Of a stretch of 64,000 nucleotides of DNA, positions 1 through 9,741 are shown piece after piece. The translations under genes were made by a program, and so were the position numbers. The stretch is from Escherichia coli (lineage in GTDB: Bacteria; Pseudomonadota; Gammaproteobacteria; Enterobacterales; Enterobacteriaceae). Location: assembly GCF_044647545.1 (NCBI RefSeq), contig NZ_CP172818.1. One strand, written 5' to 3'. The notes under the pieces are model-generated. The model was not told the origin of the DNA and searched no databases. It saw only the letters and a program-made list of their open reading frames with translations. Position 1 is the stretch's first letter; each line of letters starts with the position of its first letter.

Positions 1-15
1 CATTTTGTCAGTCAT
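1..15 (-). CDS. rpoH: RNA polymerase sigma-32 (RpoH), first 5 codons only; gene continues beyond window start
   Basis: Reverse complement of 1..15 reads ATG ACT GAC AAA ATG = MTDKM, the recalled RpoH N-terminus; sits downstream of ftsX as in K-12. Confidence 0.55.
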
Positions 16-107
16 TCAAATCCTCTCAATCGATATCTTCTGGCGCTTCAGTGGTAGCAACAACTGTGCCAGAGCTTAAGAGCAACGAGGTTATCATTCA
101 CTGTTTT

Positions 108-135
108 ATCAGACAGTGATTTTATCCACAAGTTC
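108..135 (-). promoter_or_regulatory. sigma-E type promoter (rpoH P3-like): -35 GAACTT, -10 TCTGAT
   Basis: Minus strand reads TTGAACTTGTGGATAAAATCACTGTCTGATAAAACAG, matching the GGAACTT-N16-TCTGA sigma-E architecture upstream of the rpoH start. Confidence 0.6.
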
Positions 136-259
136 AATGCAACGCTGTGAATAAATTACGCACAAAATGTGACATAGAGATGAAATACCGGGAAGAGACA
201 ACGGGGTCTCTTTCCCTGCTACGGAACCCATTGCAGGGAAAGAGTATAACACGCTTTTA

Positions 260-1318
260 TTATTCAGGCGTAAAGTGGCGTAAATGTTGTACCGTGGCAA
301 GCCACGCTGCCACCCAGCCAATCATCGAGCATACCAGCAGCAATAGCAGGCATTCATCGAACGATAAGCCATTGATATCAAACTTTGTTCCGAAAACCTG
401 TGCCACTTCCGCAACCGCCGATGACAAACGCAGTACCAGAATTTCTGACAAAATTAGTGACAACAATGCGCCAGAAAATCCCAGCAATGCGCCTCCGTAC
501 AGGAACGGGCGCAGGATGAAACCATCCGTCGCACCAATCAGTTTCTGCACGTTAATGGAGTCACGGCGAGCAAAGATACTCAGGCGCACACTGTTACCGA
601 TGACGAGGAACACTGCTGCCACCATCAACACGCCGATCATCGCGGAAACGCGCCCGACCAGCCCGGTTAACGCCGCCAGACGGGCAAACCAGCTGTCATC
701 CATCCGCACTTCGTCAATGCCATTGATCTGGGTGATACGATCACGCAGCGTATTCAGTGATTCCGTCCCCTGAAAATCGAGTTTCGGGATCACCACCGCC
801 ACTGCCGGAAGCGGGTTTTCTTCCAGCATATCCAGCGCACCACCAAAACCAGACCAGTTACGGAACTCGCCCAGTGCGTCTTCACGAGAAAGATAATTCA
901 CTTTCTCCACGCCTTGCTCGGCCTGCAACTGTGCCACCACGCCCGCAGCGGCGTCATCGTCCAGCGTTTTTTGCAGATAAACAGTGATTTGCGGTGACGG
1001 ATAATATTGCGTCGCCGCCTGGTTAACGTTTTTGTACACCATATAACAGACGCTGGGCAGCGTCAGGGAGATGGCGATAACCATCACCGTTAAAAACGTG
1101 GCGAACGGTTTGCTTTTCAGATCCTGCAATGCGCCGTGGAAGGCATAGCGCACCTGTTCGTTGAAAACGTTGGTTTTGCGATTTACCGGTTTTGGCGAGG
1201 ATTTCGCCCGTTTTGGCGCGTTACGACCGCCGTCGCCAGAGCCGCCGACCGATTTACGGAAGCGATCCAGACGCCCGCCAAACTGCCGAATATGATTGAT
1301 TGCATCGCGCTTATTCAT
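260..1318 (-). CDS. ftsX: Cell division ABC transporter permease FtsX
   Basis: ORF 260..1345; start trimmed to [15 protein letters not shown] (352 aa); start overlaps ftsE 3' end. Confidence 0.95.
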
Positions 1319-1979
1319 GGCCCACGCCTCCATGCAAGTGACCATCGCTCAGGGTGAGCATGCGATAGGAACGCCGCGAGATCAGGTTGATGTCGTGCGT
1401 TGCCATCAATACGGTTACCCCAACGCGGTTAAACTCTTCAAACAGACGTAAAATGCCTTCCGACAGCGCGTCGTCCAGGTTACCAGTCGGTTCGTCCGCC
1501 AGCAGTACCGCGGGCTTGTTCACCACCGCGCGGGCAATGCCAACACGCTGTTGTTCACCGCCGGAAAGCTGAATAGGGAAGTTCTTCGCTTTGTCCAGTA
1601 GCCCGACTTTATCCAGCGCCGCCGACACCCGGCGACGAATGTCATCACCGCTGGCACCGGCGATAATCAGCGGGATCGCCACGTTATCATAGACAGTACG
1701 GTCCATCAGTAGATGGTGATCCTGGAAAATCATGCCAATCTGGCGGCGCAGAAACGGAACTTCACGGTTTTTCAGACGCGTGATGTCATGGCCGCTAAAC
1801 CAGATTTTCCCGGCGCTGGGCCGCTCAATCCCACAGATCAGCTTCAGGAGGGTACTTTTCCCTGCGCCGGAATGACCGGTCAGAAACGCCATCTCACCCG
1901 GCTGCATATGGAACGTAACGCCCTGCAGCGCCTGTCTCCCACCGAGATAAGCCTTGCTGACATGTTCAAAGCGAATCAT
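1311..1979 (-). CDS. ftsE: Cell division ABC transporter ATPase FtsE
   Basis: 222 aa, Walker [13 protein letters not shown] signature LSGGEQQR; directly downstream of ftsY. Confidence 0.97.
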
Positions 1980-1981
1980 TG

Positions 1982-3469
1982 TTAATCCTCTCGGGCAAAA
2001 AGTGCCTCTATAAAGTCGTCCGCCTTAAACGGACGCAAATCCTCAATACGTTCGCCGACACCAATGTAGCGGATAGGGATACCAAACTGGTCAGCCACCG
2101 AGAAAATTACCCCGCCTTTCGCCGTGCCGTCCAGTTTCGTTAGCGTGATGCCGGTTAAGCCAACGGCTTCGTGGAACAGTTTGGCCTGGCTTACCGCATT
2201 CTGCCCGGTGCTGGCATCGATGGTCAGCATAACTTCATGCGGAGCTTCAACGTCGAGTTTCTTCATCACGCGGACGATTTTCTTCAACTCTTCCATCAGG
2301 TGCGATTTGTTCTGCAGGCGTCCGGCGGTATCGGCAATCAGGACGTCGATGTTACGCGCTTTAGCGGCCTGAATGGCATCGAAGATAACAGAAGCGGAAT
2401 CCGCACCGGTATGCTGGGCAATCACCGGAATATTGTTGCGCTGACCCCAGACCTGAAGCTGTTCAACCGCTGCTGCACGGAAAGTATCGCCCGCCGCCAG
2501 CATCACCGATTTACCCTGCTGCTCAAACTGACGTGCCAGCTTACCAATCGTCGTGGTTTTACCCACACCGTTGACGCCCACCATCAGGATCACGAACGGC
2601 GTTTTACCTTCAACATTCAGCGGCTCATCGACTTTCGCCAGAATCTCGCCCATCTCTTCTTTCAGCAGGCCATAGAGCGCCTCGGCATCACGAAGCTGCT
2701 TGCGGGATGCGCCTTCTGTCAGATTGGTGATAATTTTACGTGTGGTTTCCACGCCCACATCGGCGATCAACAGCTGTTCTTCCAGCTCTTCAAACAGATC
2801 ATCGTCGATTTTTTTACCGCGGAACAGGCTGATAAATCCGGAACCGAGATTTTCTTTGGTTTTTAACAGGCTGCGTTTCAGGCGCGCGAAGAAACCTTCT
2901 TTGGTCGGTTTTTCCTGCTCCTGAGCGATTTCTTCCACCGGCTGCTCTTCTTCTGCCGGAGGAACCACTATCACCGCCTCTTCGGCAGCCAGCGCCTGTG
3001 CTTCCAGCTCTTCGTCGGTGATTTCTTCTTTAGCCGCTTCTTCTTCCGCCGCTTCGACAATCTCTACGGTTTCCGCTTCGGCCTGCCACTCTTCTGGCGA
3101 AACCTCTTCGGCGTTGACGTCTTCCGGCAACGGCAGTTCTTCACGCTCGATAGCCACTGGCTCCGGCGTTTCTTCTGCGACCAGTTCCGGCTGTGCAACG
3201 ACTTCCGCTTCAGGCTGCGCTTTTTCACTTTCAGCAACCTGTTCAGTAACTTCCACAACGTCGGCAGCAAAAGTTTCCGCCTCGGCTTCAGTATGCGCCT
3301 GCGGCTGCTCTTCAACGGCTTGTTCAGAAGCCTTCACAGGCTCTTGCGCCTGAACGATTTCTTCTACAACTGGTTGTTCATTCTGAACTTCTGTCTCTTT
3401 TTCCGGGGTCTGCTCTTTTTGACCAAAGCCCAGCCAGGAAAAAAAGCCACGTTTTTTTTCTTTCGCCAT
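1982..3469 (-). CDS. ftsY: Signal recognition particle receptor FtsY
   Basis: 495 aa; acidic E/A/Q-rich N-terminal domain followed by SRP-GTPase NG domain (GVNGVGKTTT, DTAGR). Confidence 0.95.
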   Translation of the reverse strand: MAKEKKRGFFSWLGFGQKEQTPEKETEVQNEQPVVEEIVQAQEPVKASEQAVEEQPQAHTEAEAETFAADVVEVTEQVAESEKAQPEAEVVAQPELVAEETPEPVAIEREELPLPEDVNAEEVSPEEWQAEAETVEIVEAAEEEAAKEEITDEELEAQALAAEEAVIVVPPAEEEQPVEEIAQEQEKPTKEGFFARLKRSLLKTKENLGSGFISLFRGKKIDDDLFEELEEQLLIADVGVETTRKIITNLTEGASRKQLRDAEALYGLLKEEMGEILAKVDEPLNVEGKTPFVILMVGVNGVGKTTTIGKLARQFEQQGKSVMLAAGDTFRAAAVEQLQVWGQRNNIPVIAQHTGADSASVIFDAIQAAKARNIDVLIADTAGRLQNKSHLMEELKKIVRVMKKLDVEAPHEVMLTIDASTGQNAVSQAKLFHEAVGLTGITLTKLDGTAKGGVIFSVADQFGIPIRYIGVGERIEDLRPFKADDFIEALFARED

Positions 3470-3618
3470 TTGCGACTACACTCCTCGCTGTTGCTTCATG
3501 GCACAGCGTTAACGCTATGTACATAGCAGCTAAAAAAATGATGAAATAGTCTATCACTTAACTTAATTCACATCACCGCCTGCAAGTATGTGTTATCTGG
3601 CGGATTGAGCAATTTATC

Positions 3619-4215
3619 ATGAAAAAACCGAATCATTCCGGCAGCGGCCAAATCCGCATTATTGGCGGGCAGTGGCGAGGCCGTAAACTCCCGGTTCCTG
3701 ATAGCCCAGGTCTGCGCCCCACCACCGACCGCGTACGCGAAACGTTGTTTAACTGGCTGGCTCCGGTCATTGTTGACGCCCAATGTCTGGATTGCTTCGC
3801 CGGAAGCGGCGCGCTGGGGCTGGAAGCGTTATCGCGCTACGCTGCGGGGGCCACGTTGATTGAGATGGATCGTGCGGTTTCTCAGCAGTTAATTAAGAAT
3901 CTGGCGACACTAAAAGCAGGCAATGCACGCGTGGTGAACAGCAACGCGATGTCATTCCTGGCGCAAAAAGGCACACCGCATAATATCGTGTTTGTCGATC
4001 CACCGTTCCGCCGTGGATTGTTAGAAGAGACGATAAATTTACTGGAAGATAACGGCTGGCTGGCTGACGAAGCCCTGATTTATGTCGAAAGCGAAGTCGA
4101 AAACGGTCTGCCCACTGTTCCGGCGAACTGGTCATTACATCGGGAAAAAGTGGCGGGTCAGGTGGCTTATCGGCTGTATCAACGCGAAGCACAAGGAGAA
4201 AGTGATGTTGATTAA
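3619..4215 (+). CDS. rsmD: 16S rRNA (guanine966-N2)-methyltransferase RsmD
   Basis: 198 aa; methyltransferase motifs (LDCFAGSG, VFVDPPF); divergent from ftsY. Confidence 0.93.
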   Translation: MKKPNHSGSGQIRIIGGQWRGRKLPVPDSPGLRPTTDRVRETLFNWLAPVIVDAQCLDCFAGSGALGLEALSRYAAGATLIEMDRAVSQQLIKNLATLKAGNARVVNSNAMSFLAQKGTPHNIVFVDPPFRRGLLEETINLLEDNGWLADEALIYVESEVENGLPTVPANWSLHREKVAGQVAYRLYQREAQGESDVD

Positions 4216-4474
4216 TATTGGACGTTTGTTAATGCTCTGCGTTTGGGGATTTTTAATCCTCAACCTGGTGCATCCCTTCCCGCGTCCGCTGAATATTTTT
4301 GTTAACGTGGCGCTGATTTTTACCGTGCTGATGCATGGTATGCAGCTGGCGCTATTGAAATCCACTTTGCCGAAAGATGGCCCGCAGATGACCACCGCCG
4401 AAAAGGTGCGGATTTTCCTTTTCGGCGTGTTTGAACTGCTGGTCTGGCAGAAGAAATTTAAAGTTAAAAAATAA
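4205..4474 (+). CDS. yhhL: Small inner-membrane protein YhhL
   Basis: 89 aa hydrophobic protein from ATG 4205 (GTG at 4202 also in frame); overlaps rsmD 3' end by 11 nt. Confidence 0.8.
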   Translation: MLINIGRLLMLCVWGFLILNLVHPFPRPLNIFVNVALIFTVLMHGMQLALLKSTLPKDGPQMTTAEKVRIFLFGVFELLVWQKKFKVKK

Positions 4475-4476
4475 CC

Positions 4477-4836
4477 TTATTGTTCGCCTACAAAGCTGAC
4501 AAAGCGCGTTCCTTTATAGCTCAGCGTACCTTTATCGCCCACTGTCAGGGCGTGGTACTGCTGGGCGTCGAGGCGAAACGTCTGCTCCATTCCTCCGCTT
4601 TGCGGTTTGAAGCTTGCCTCATAGCGCATACTGGTGCCTGCCGGAGTCACTTCCTGCTGGCGCGAACGGCGATCGTTAATCGGTTTTTCCCGCTTGTTGC
4701 TCACCACCACCAGCTTTTGCTGGAGCGGTGCCATATCATTATCAGCTTTTTCCCGTCGTTGTTGCATAAAACGAAACGATGCGGCGACGATGATTAAGCC
4801 AATGATAACAATAAAGAAAAGAGGTGGTTTACTCAT
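4477..4836 (-). CDS. yhhM: Uncharacterized membrane-anchored protein YhhM
   Basis: 119 aa ORF with single N-terminal TM helix; position between yhhL and yhhN. Confidence 0.85.
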   Translation of the reverse strand: MSKPPLFFIVIIGLIIVAASFRFMQQRREKADNDMAPLQQKLVVVSNKREKPINDRRSRQQEVTPAGTSMRYEASFKPQSGGMEQTFRLDAQQYHALTVGDKGTLSYKGTRFVSFVGEQ

Positions 4837-4976
4837 CTTTATCCCTCATCGGAAAATGCGGAAATAAGCATACCCTGCCAGTTATGGTGTTGTCATCCGT
4901 CCACCCTCGCCACTAAACTGGAAGCAAGACCGTAGGCATTCCGCTTACGAAAAAATAACGAATTCAAGGAACTAAG

Positions 4977-5603
4977 ATGCTTTGGTCGTTTATCGCTGTC
5001 TGTCTTTCCGCATGGCTATCTGTGGATGCATCGTATCGTGGGCCAACCTGGCAACGCTGGGTGTTTAAACCGTTAACCCTTCTTCTCCTGCTGTTGCTGG
5101 CCTGGCAAGCGCCGATGTTCGACGCCATTAGCTATCTGGTGCTGGCGGGGCTGTGTGCCTCACTGCTGGGCGATGCGCTAACCCTGTTGCCACGTCAACG
5201 TCTGATGTACGCCATCGGCGCGTTTTTCCTCTCGCACCTGCTGTACACCATCTATTTCGCCAGTCAGATGACGCTCTCCTTCTTCTGGCCTCTGCCGTTG
5301 GTGCTGTTGGTTCTGGGCGCGCTGTTACTGGCGATTATCTGGACGCGTCTGGAAGAGTATCGTTGGCCTATCTGCACGTTTATCGGCATGACGCTGGTGA
5401 TGGTGTGGCTGGCAGGTGAACTGTGGTTCTTCCGTCCGACCGCTCCGGCACTCTCTGCGTTTGTCGGCGCTTCGTTACTGTTTATCAGTAACTTTGTCTG
5501 GCTGGGTAGTCACTATCGCCGACGCTTCCGTGCGGACAACGCGATTGCTGCGGCCTGCTACTTTGCTGGTCACTTCCTCATCGTCCGCTCGCTGTATCTC
5601 TGA
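4977..5603 (+). CDS. yhhN: Inner membrane protein YhhN (YhhN/TMEM86 family)
   Basis: 208 aa polytopic membrane ORF. Confidence 0.88.
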
Positions 5604-5609
5604 TAAAAC

Positions 5610-5640
5610 TTGACTCTGGAGTCGACTCCAGAGTGTATCC
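5610..5640 (+). promoter_or_regulatory. zntA promoter with ZntR (MerR-type) operator: -35 TTGACT, long spacer carrying dyad ACTCTGGAGTCGACTCCAGAGT
   Basis: Perfect 22-bp palindrome 5613..5634 between -35 and -10 elements, about 40 nt upstream of the zntA ATG. Confidence 0.8.
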
Positions 5641-5676
5641 TTCGGTTAATGAGAAAAAACTTAACCGGAGGATGCC

Positions 5677-7875
5677 ATGTCGACTCCTGACAATCACGGC
5701 AAGAAAGCCCCTCAATTTGCTGCGTTCAAACCGCTAACCACGGTACAGAACGCCAACGACTGTTGCTGCGACGGCGCATGTTCCAGCACGCCAACGCTCT
5801 CTGAAAACGTCTCCGGCACCCGCTATAGCTGGAAAGTCAGCGGCATGGACTGCGCCGCCTGTGCGCGCAAGGTAGAAAATGCCGTGCGCCAGCTTGCAGG
5901 CGTGAATCAGGTGCAGGTGTTGTTCGCCACCGAAAAACTGGTAGTCGATGCCGACAATGACATCCGTGCCCAGGTTGAATCTGCGGTGCAAAAAGCGGGC
6001 TATTCCCTGCGCGATGAACAGGCCGCCGACGAACAACAAGCATCACGCCTGAAAGAGAATCTGCCGCTGATTACGCTAATCGTGATGATGGCAATCAGCT
6101 GGGGTCTGGAGCAGTTCAATCATCCGTTCGGGCAACTGGCGTTTATCGCGACCACGCTGGTTGGGCTGTACCCGATTGCTCGTCAGGCATTACGGCTGAT
6201 CAAATCCGGCAGCTACTTCGCCATTGAAACCTTAATGAGCATAGCCGCTATTGGGGCGCTGTTTATTGGCGCAACGGCTGAAGCTGCGATGGTGTTGCTG
6301 CTGTTTTTGATTGGTGAACGACTGGAAGGCTGGGCCGCCAGCCGCGCGCGTCAGGGCGTTAGCGCGTTAATGGCGCTGAAGCCAGAAACCGCCACGCGTC
6401 TGAGTAACGGTGAGCGTGAAGAGGTGGCGATTAACAGCCTGCGGCCTGGCGATGTGATTGAAGTCGCCGCAGGTGGGCGTTTGCCTGCCGACGGTAAACT
6501 GCTCTCACCGTTTGCCAGTTTTGATGAAAGCGCCCTGACCGGAGAATCCATTCCTGTGGAGCGCGCGACGGGCGATAAAGTTCCTGCAGGAGCCACCAGC
6601 GTAGATCGTCTGGTAACGCTGGAAGTGCTGTCAGAACCGGGTGCCAGCGCCATTGACCGGATTCTGAAACTGATCGAAGAAGCCGAAGAGCGCCGCGCGC
6701 CCATTGAGCGGTTTATCGACCGCTTCAGCCGTATTTATACGCCAGCGATTATGGCCGTCGCCCTGCTGGTAACGCTGGTGCCGCCGCTGCTGTTTGCCGC
6801 CAGCTGGCAAGAGTGGATTTATAAAGGGCTGACGCTGCTGCTGATTGGTTGCCCGTGTGCTTTAGTTATCTCCACGCCCGCGGCGATTACCTCCGGGCTG
6901 GCGGCAGCAGCGCGTCGTGGGGCGTTGATTAAAGGCGGCGCGGCGCTGGAGCAGCTGGGTCGTGTTACCCAGGTGGCGTTTGATAAAACCGGTACGCTGA
7001 CCGTCGGTAAACCGCGCGTTACCGCGATTCATCCGGCAACGGGTATTAGTGAATCTGAACTGCTGACACTGGCGGCGGCGGTCGAGCAAGGCGCGACGCA
7101 TCCACTGGCACAGGCCATTGTGCGCGAAGCACAGATTGCTGAACTCGCCATTCCCACCGCCCAATCACAGCGGGCGCTGGTCGGGTCTGGCATTGAAGCG
7201 CAGGTTAACGGTGAGCGCGTGTTGATATGCGCTGCCGGGAAACATCCCGCTGATGCATTTGCTGGTTTAATTAACGAACTGGAAAGCGCCGGGCAAACGG
7301 TAGTGCTGGTAGTACGTAACGATGACGTGCTGGGTATCATTGCATTGCAGGATACTCTACGCGCCGATGCTGCAACTGCTATCAGTGAACTGAACGCGCT
7401 GGGCGTCAAAGGGGTGATCCTCACCGGCGATAATCCACGCGCAGCGGCGGCAATTGCCGGGGAGTTGGGGCTGGAGTTTAAAGCGGGCCTGTTGCCGGAA
7501 GATAAAGTCAAAGCGGTGACCGAGCTGAATCAACATGCGCCGCTGGCGATGGTCGGTGATGGTATTAACGACGCGCCAGCGATGAAAGCTGCCGCCATCG
7601 GGATTGCAATGGGTAGCGGCACAGACGTGGCGCTGGAAACCGCCGATGCAGCATTAACCCATAACCACCTGCGCGGTCTGGTGCAAATGATTGAACTGGC
7701 ACGCGCCACTCACGCCAATATCCGCCAGAACATCACTATTGCGCTGGGGCTGAAAGGCGTTTTCCTCGTCACGACGCTGTTAGGGATGACCGGACTGTGG
7801 CTGGCGGTGCTGGCAGATACGGGTGCGACGGTGCTGGTGACGGCGAATGCGTTAAGGCTGTTGCGCAGGAAATAA
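5677..7875 (+). CDS. zntA: Zn(II)/Cd(II)/Pb(II)-translocating P-type ATPase ZntA
   Basis: 732 aa; N-terminal metal-binding GMDCAAC, CPC transmembrane motif, DKTGTLT phosphorylation site, GDGINDAP hinge. Confidence 0.97.
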   Translation: MSTPDNHGKKAPQFAAFKPLTTVQNANDCCCDGACSSTPTLSENVSGTRYSWKVSGMDCAACARKVENAVRQLAGVNQVQVLFATEKLVVDADNDIRAQVESAVQKAGYSLRDEQAADEQQASRLKENLPLITLIVMMAISWGLEQFNHPFGQLAFIATTLVGLYPIARQALRLIKSGSYFAIETLMSIAAIGALFIGATAEAAMVLLLFLIGERLEGWAASRARQGVSALMALKPETATRLSNGEREEVAINSLRPGDVIEVAAGGRLPADGKLLSPFASFDESALTGESIPVERATGDKVPAGATSVDRLVTLEVLSEPGASAIDRILKLIEEAEERRAPIERFIDRFSRIYTPAIMAVALLVTLVPPLLFAASWQEWIYKGLTLLLIGCPCALVISTPAAITSGLAAAARRGALIKGGAALEQLGRVTQVAFDKTGTLTVGKPRVTAIHPATGISESELLTLAAAVEQGATHPLAQAIVREAQIAELAIPTAQSQRALVGSGIEAQVNGERVLICAAGKHPADAFAGLINELESAGQTVVLVVRNDDVLGIIALQDTLRADAATAISELNALGVKGVILTGDNPRAAAAIAGELGLEFKAGLLPEDKVKAVTELNQHAPLAMVGDGINDAPAMKAAAIGIAMGSGTDVALETADAALTHNHLRGLVQMIELARATHANIRQNITIALGLKGVFLVTTLLGMTGLWLAVLADTGATVLVTANALRLLRRK

Positions 7876-7976
7876 GGCAAACCGATCGCAACATTGAGCG
7901 CGATCGGTCCCCTCGCTCCTCTGGGGAGAGGGTTAGGGTGAGGGGAAAAGGCGGCATCGAAGCCAATCTTCCCCCA

Positions 7977-8222
7977 TCAACCGCCTTTACGAATCAAATA
8001 ACGATAAGGCAGTCCATCCGTCTCTTTCGCAACCAGTTCGTGTTCCATAAAGGTACAAAACCCAGGAATATCGCGGGTCGTCGCCGGATCGTCAGCAATA
8101 ATCAGCAACGTTTCACCTGGCTGCATATTGCGCACTGTTTTGCGCACCATCATTACTGGTTCCGGGCAGCGCAGGCCAAGTGCGTCGAGTGTGTGGTCAG
8201 GGCTGGAAAAGAGATCGGTCAT
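7977..8222 (-). CDS. tusA: Sulfur carrier protein TusA
   Basis: 81 aa with conserved CPxP motif (LRCPEPV). Confidence 0.95.
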
Positions 8223-8442
8223 TTTCTTCTCATCACATAAAAAAACGGCGCTAGTTTACGCCCTGTGAGTCCGTAAGCAAACCAGGTTAACGATTGCGTG
8301 AAAATTAACCATTGCATTGTTAACGTAAAGCAGTATCATGCGGCGGCTCGAAAAAAGGGTCAGCACGTTATTATGTTAAGGTAACAGACGTGTCGTACGT
8401 ATTGGGTTCCCTCACCCCAATGGTTAATCAAAAAGGTACAAT

Positions 8443-9108
8443 ATGAACGTTTTCTCGCAAACTCAACGCTATAAGGCGTTGTTCTGGTTATCGTTATTTC
8501 ATCTTCTGGTGATCACCTCCAGTAACTATCTGGTTCAGCTTCCCGTATCCATTTTTGGTTTCCATACCACCTGGGGCGCGTTTAGCTTTCCGTTTATTTT
8601 CCTTGCTACCGACCTGACTGTGCGTATTTTTGGCGCACCGCTGGCCCGTCGTATCATCTTTGCGGTGATGATCCCGGCGTTACTGATCTCCTACGTCATC
8701 TCGTCGCTGTTCTATATGGGTTCCTGGCAGGGATTCGGCGCGCTCGCCCACTTCAACCTGTTTGTCGCCCGTATCGCCACCGCCAGTTTCATGGCCTACG
8801 CGCTGGGGCAAATCCTCGACGTGCACGTTTTTAACCGCCTGCGTCAGAGTCGTCGCTGGTGGCTGGCACCGACGGCTTCCACCCTGTTTGGTAACGTCAG
8901 CGACACGCTGGCCTTCTTCTTCATTGCCTTCTGGCGTAGCCCGGATGCCTTTATGGCTGAACACTGGATGGAAATCGCGCTGGTCGATTACTGTTTCAAA
9001 GTGTTAATCAGTATCGTTTTCTTCCTGCCAATGTATGGCGTATTACTCAATATGCTGTTGAAAAGACTGGCAGATAAATCCGAAATCAACGCTTTGCAGG
9101 CGAGTTAA
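8443..9108 (+). CDS. yhhQ: Queuosine precursor transporter YhhQ
   Basis: 221 aa polytopic membrane ORF. Confidence 0.9.
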   Translation: MNVFSQTQRYKALFWLSLFHLLVITSSNYLVQLPVSIFGFHTTWGAFSFPFIFLATDLTVRIFGAPLARRIIFAVMIPALLISYVISSLFYMGSWQGFGALAHFNLFVARIATASFMAYALGQILDVHVFNRLRQSRRWWLAPTASTLFGNVSDTLAFFFIAFWRSPDAFMAEHWMEIALVDYCFKVLISIVFFLPMYGVLLNMLLKRLADKSEINALQAS

Positions 9109-9180
9109 AGGTTCGTTATCAGAGTTGTGATAAGATGGATGAATGAGCCGTTATGGCCGTTTATCGAAAGGAAGAAGTCA

Positions 9181-9738
9181 ATGCGCAATCTGGTTAAATA
9201 TGTCGGAATTGGCCTGCTGGTTATGGGGCTTGCGGCCTGTGATGATAAAGACACTAACGCTACGGCGCAGGGTTCAGTCGCGGAAAGTAACGCTACCGGG
9301 AATCCCGTCAACCTGCTTGATGGCAAGTTAAGTTTCTCGCTGCCAGCGGATATGACCGACCAGAGCGGTAAGCTGGGAACGCAGGCTAATAACATGCATG
9401 TCTGGTCCGACGCCACCGGGCAAAAAGCAGTCATCGTCATCATGGGCGATGATCCGAAAGAAGATCTGGCGGTGCTGGCGAAGCGCCTGGAAGATCAGCA
9501 ACGTAGCCGCGATCCGCAGCTGCAAGTGGTAACCAATAAAGCCATTGAGCTGAAAGGTCACAAAATGCAGCAGTTAGACAGCATTATCTCCGCGAAAGGC
9601 CAGACGGCGTACTCTTCCGTTATTCTGGGTAACGTGGGTAATCAACTGCTAACCATGCAAATTACGCTGCCCGCTGACGATCAGCAAAAAGCACAGACCA
9701 CCGCAGAAAACATCATTAATACGCTGGTTATTCAGTAA
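9181..9738 (+). CDS. dcrB: Periplasmic lipoprotein DcrB
   Basis: 185 aa from [11 protein letters not shown]; lipobox LAAC; longer ORF 9127.. is an upstream extension. Confidence 0.9.
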
Positions 9739-9741
9739 GTT

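Noticed and set aside
3018-3353. Ser/Ala-rich 111-aa plus-strand ORF and Lys/Arg-rich 83-aa minus-strand ORF
   Set aside because: Both lie within the repetitive acidic-domain coding region of ftsY and are frame artefacts of that repeat.
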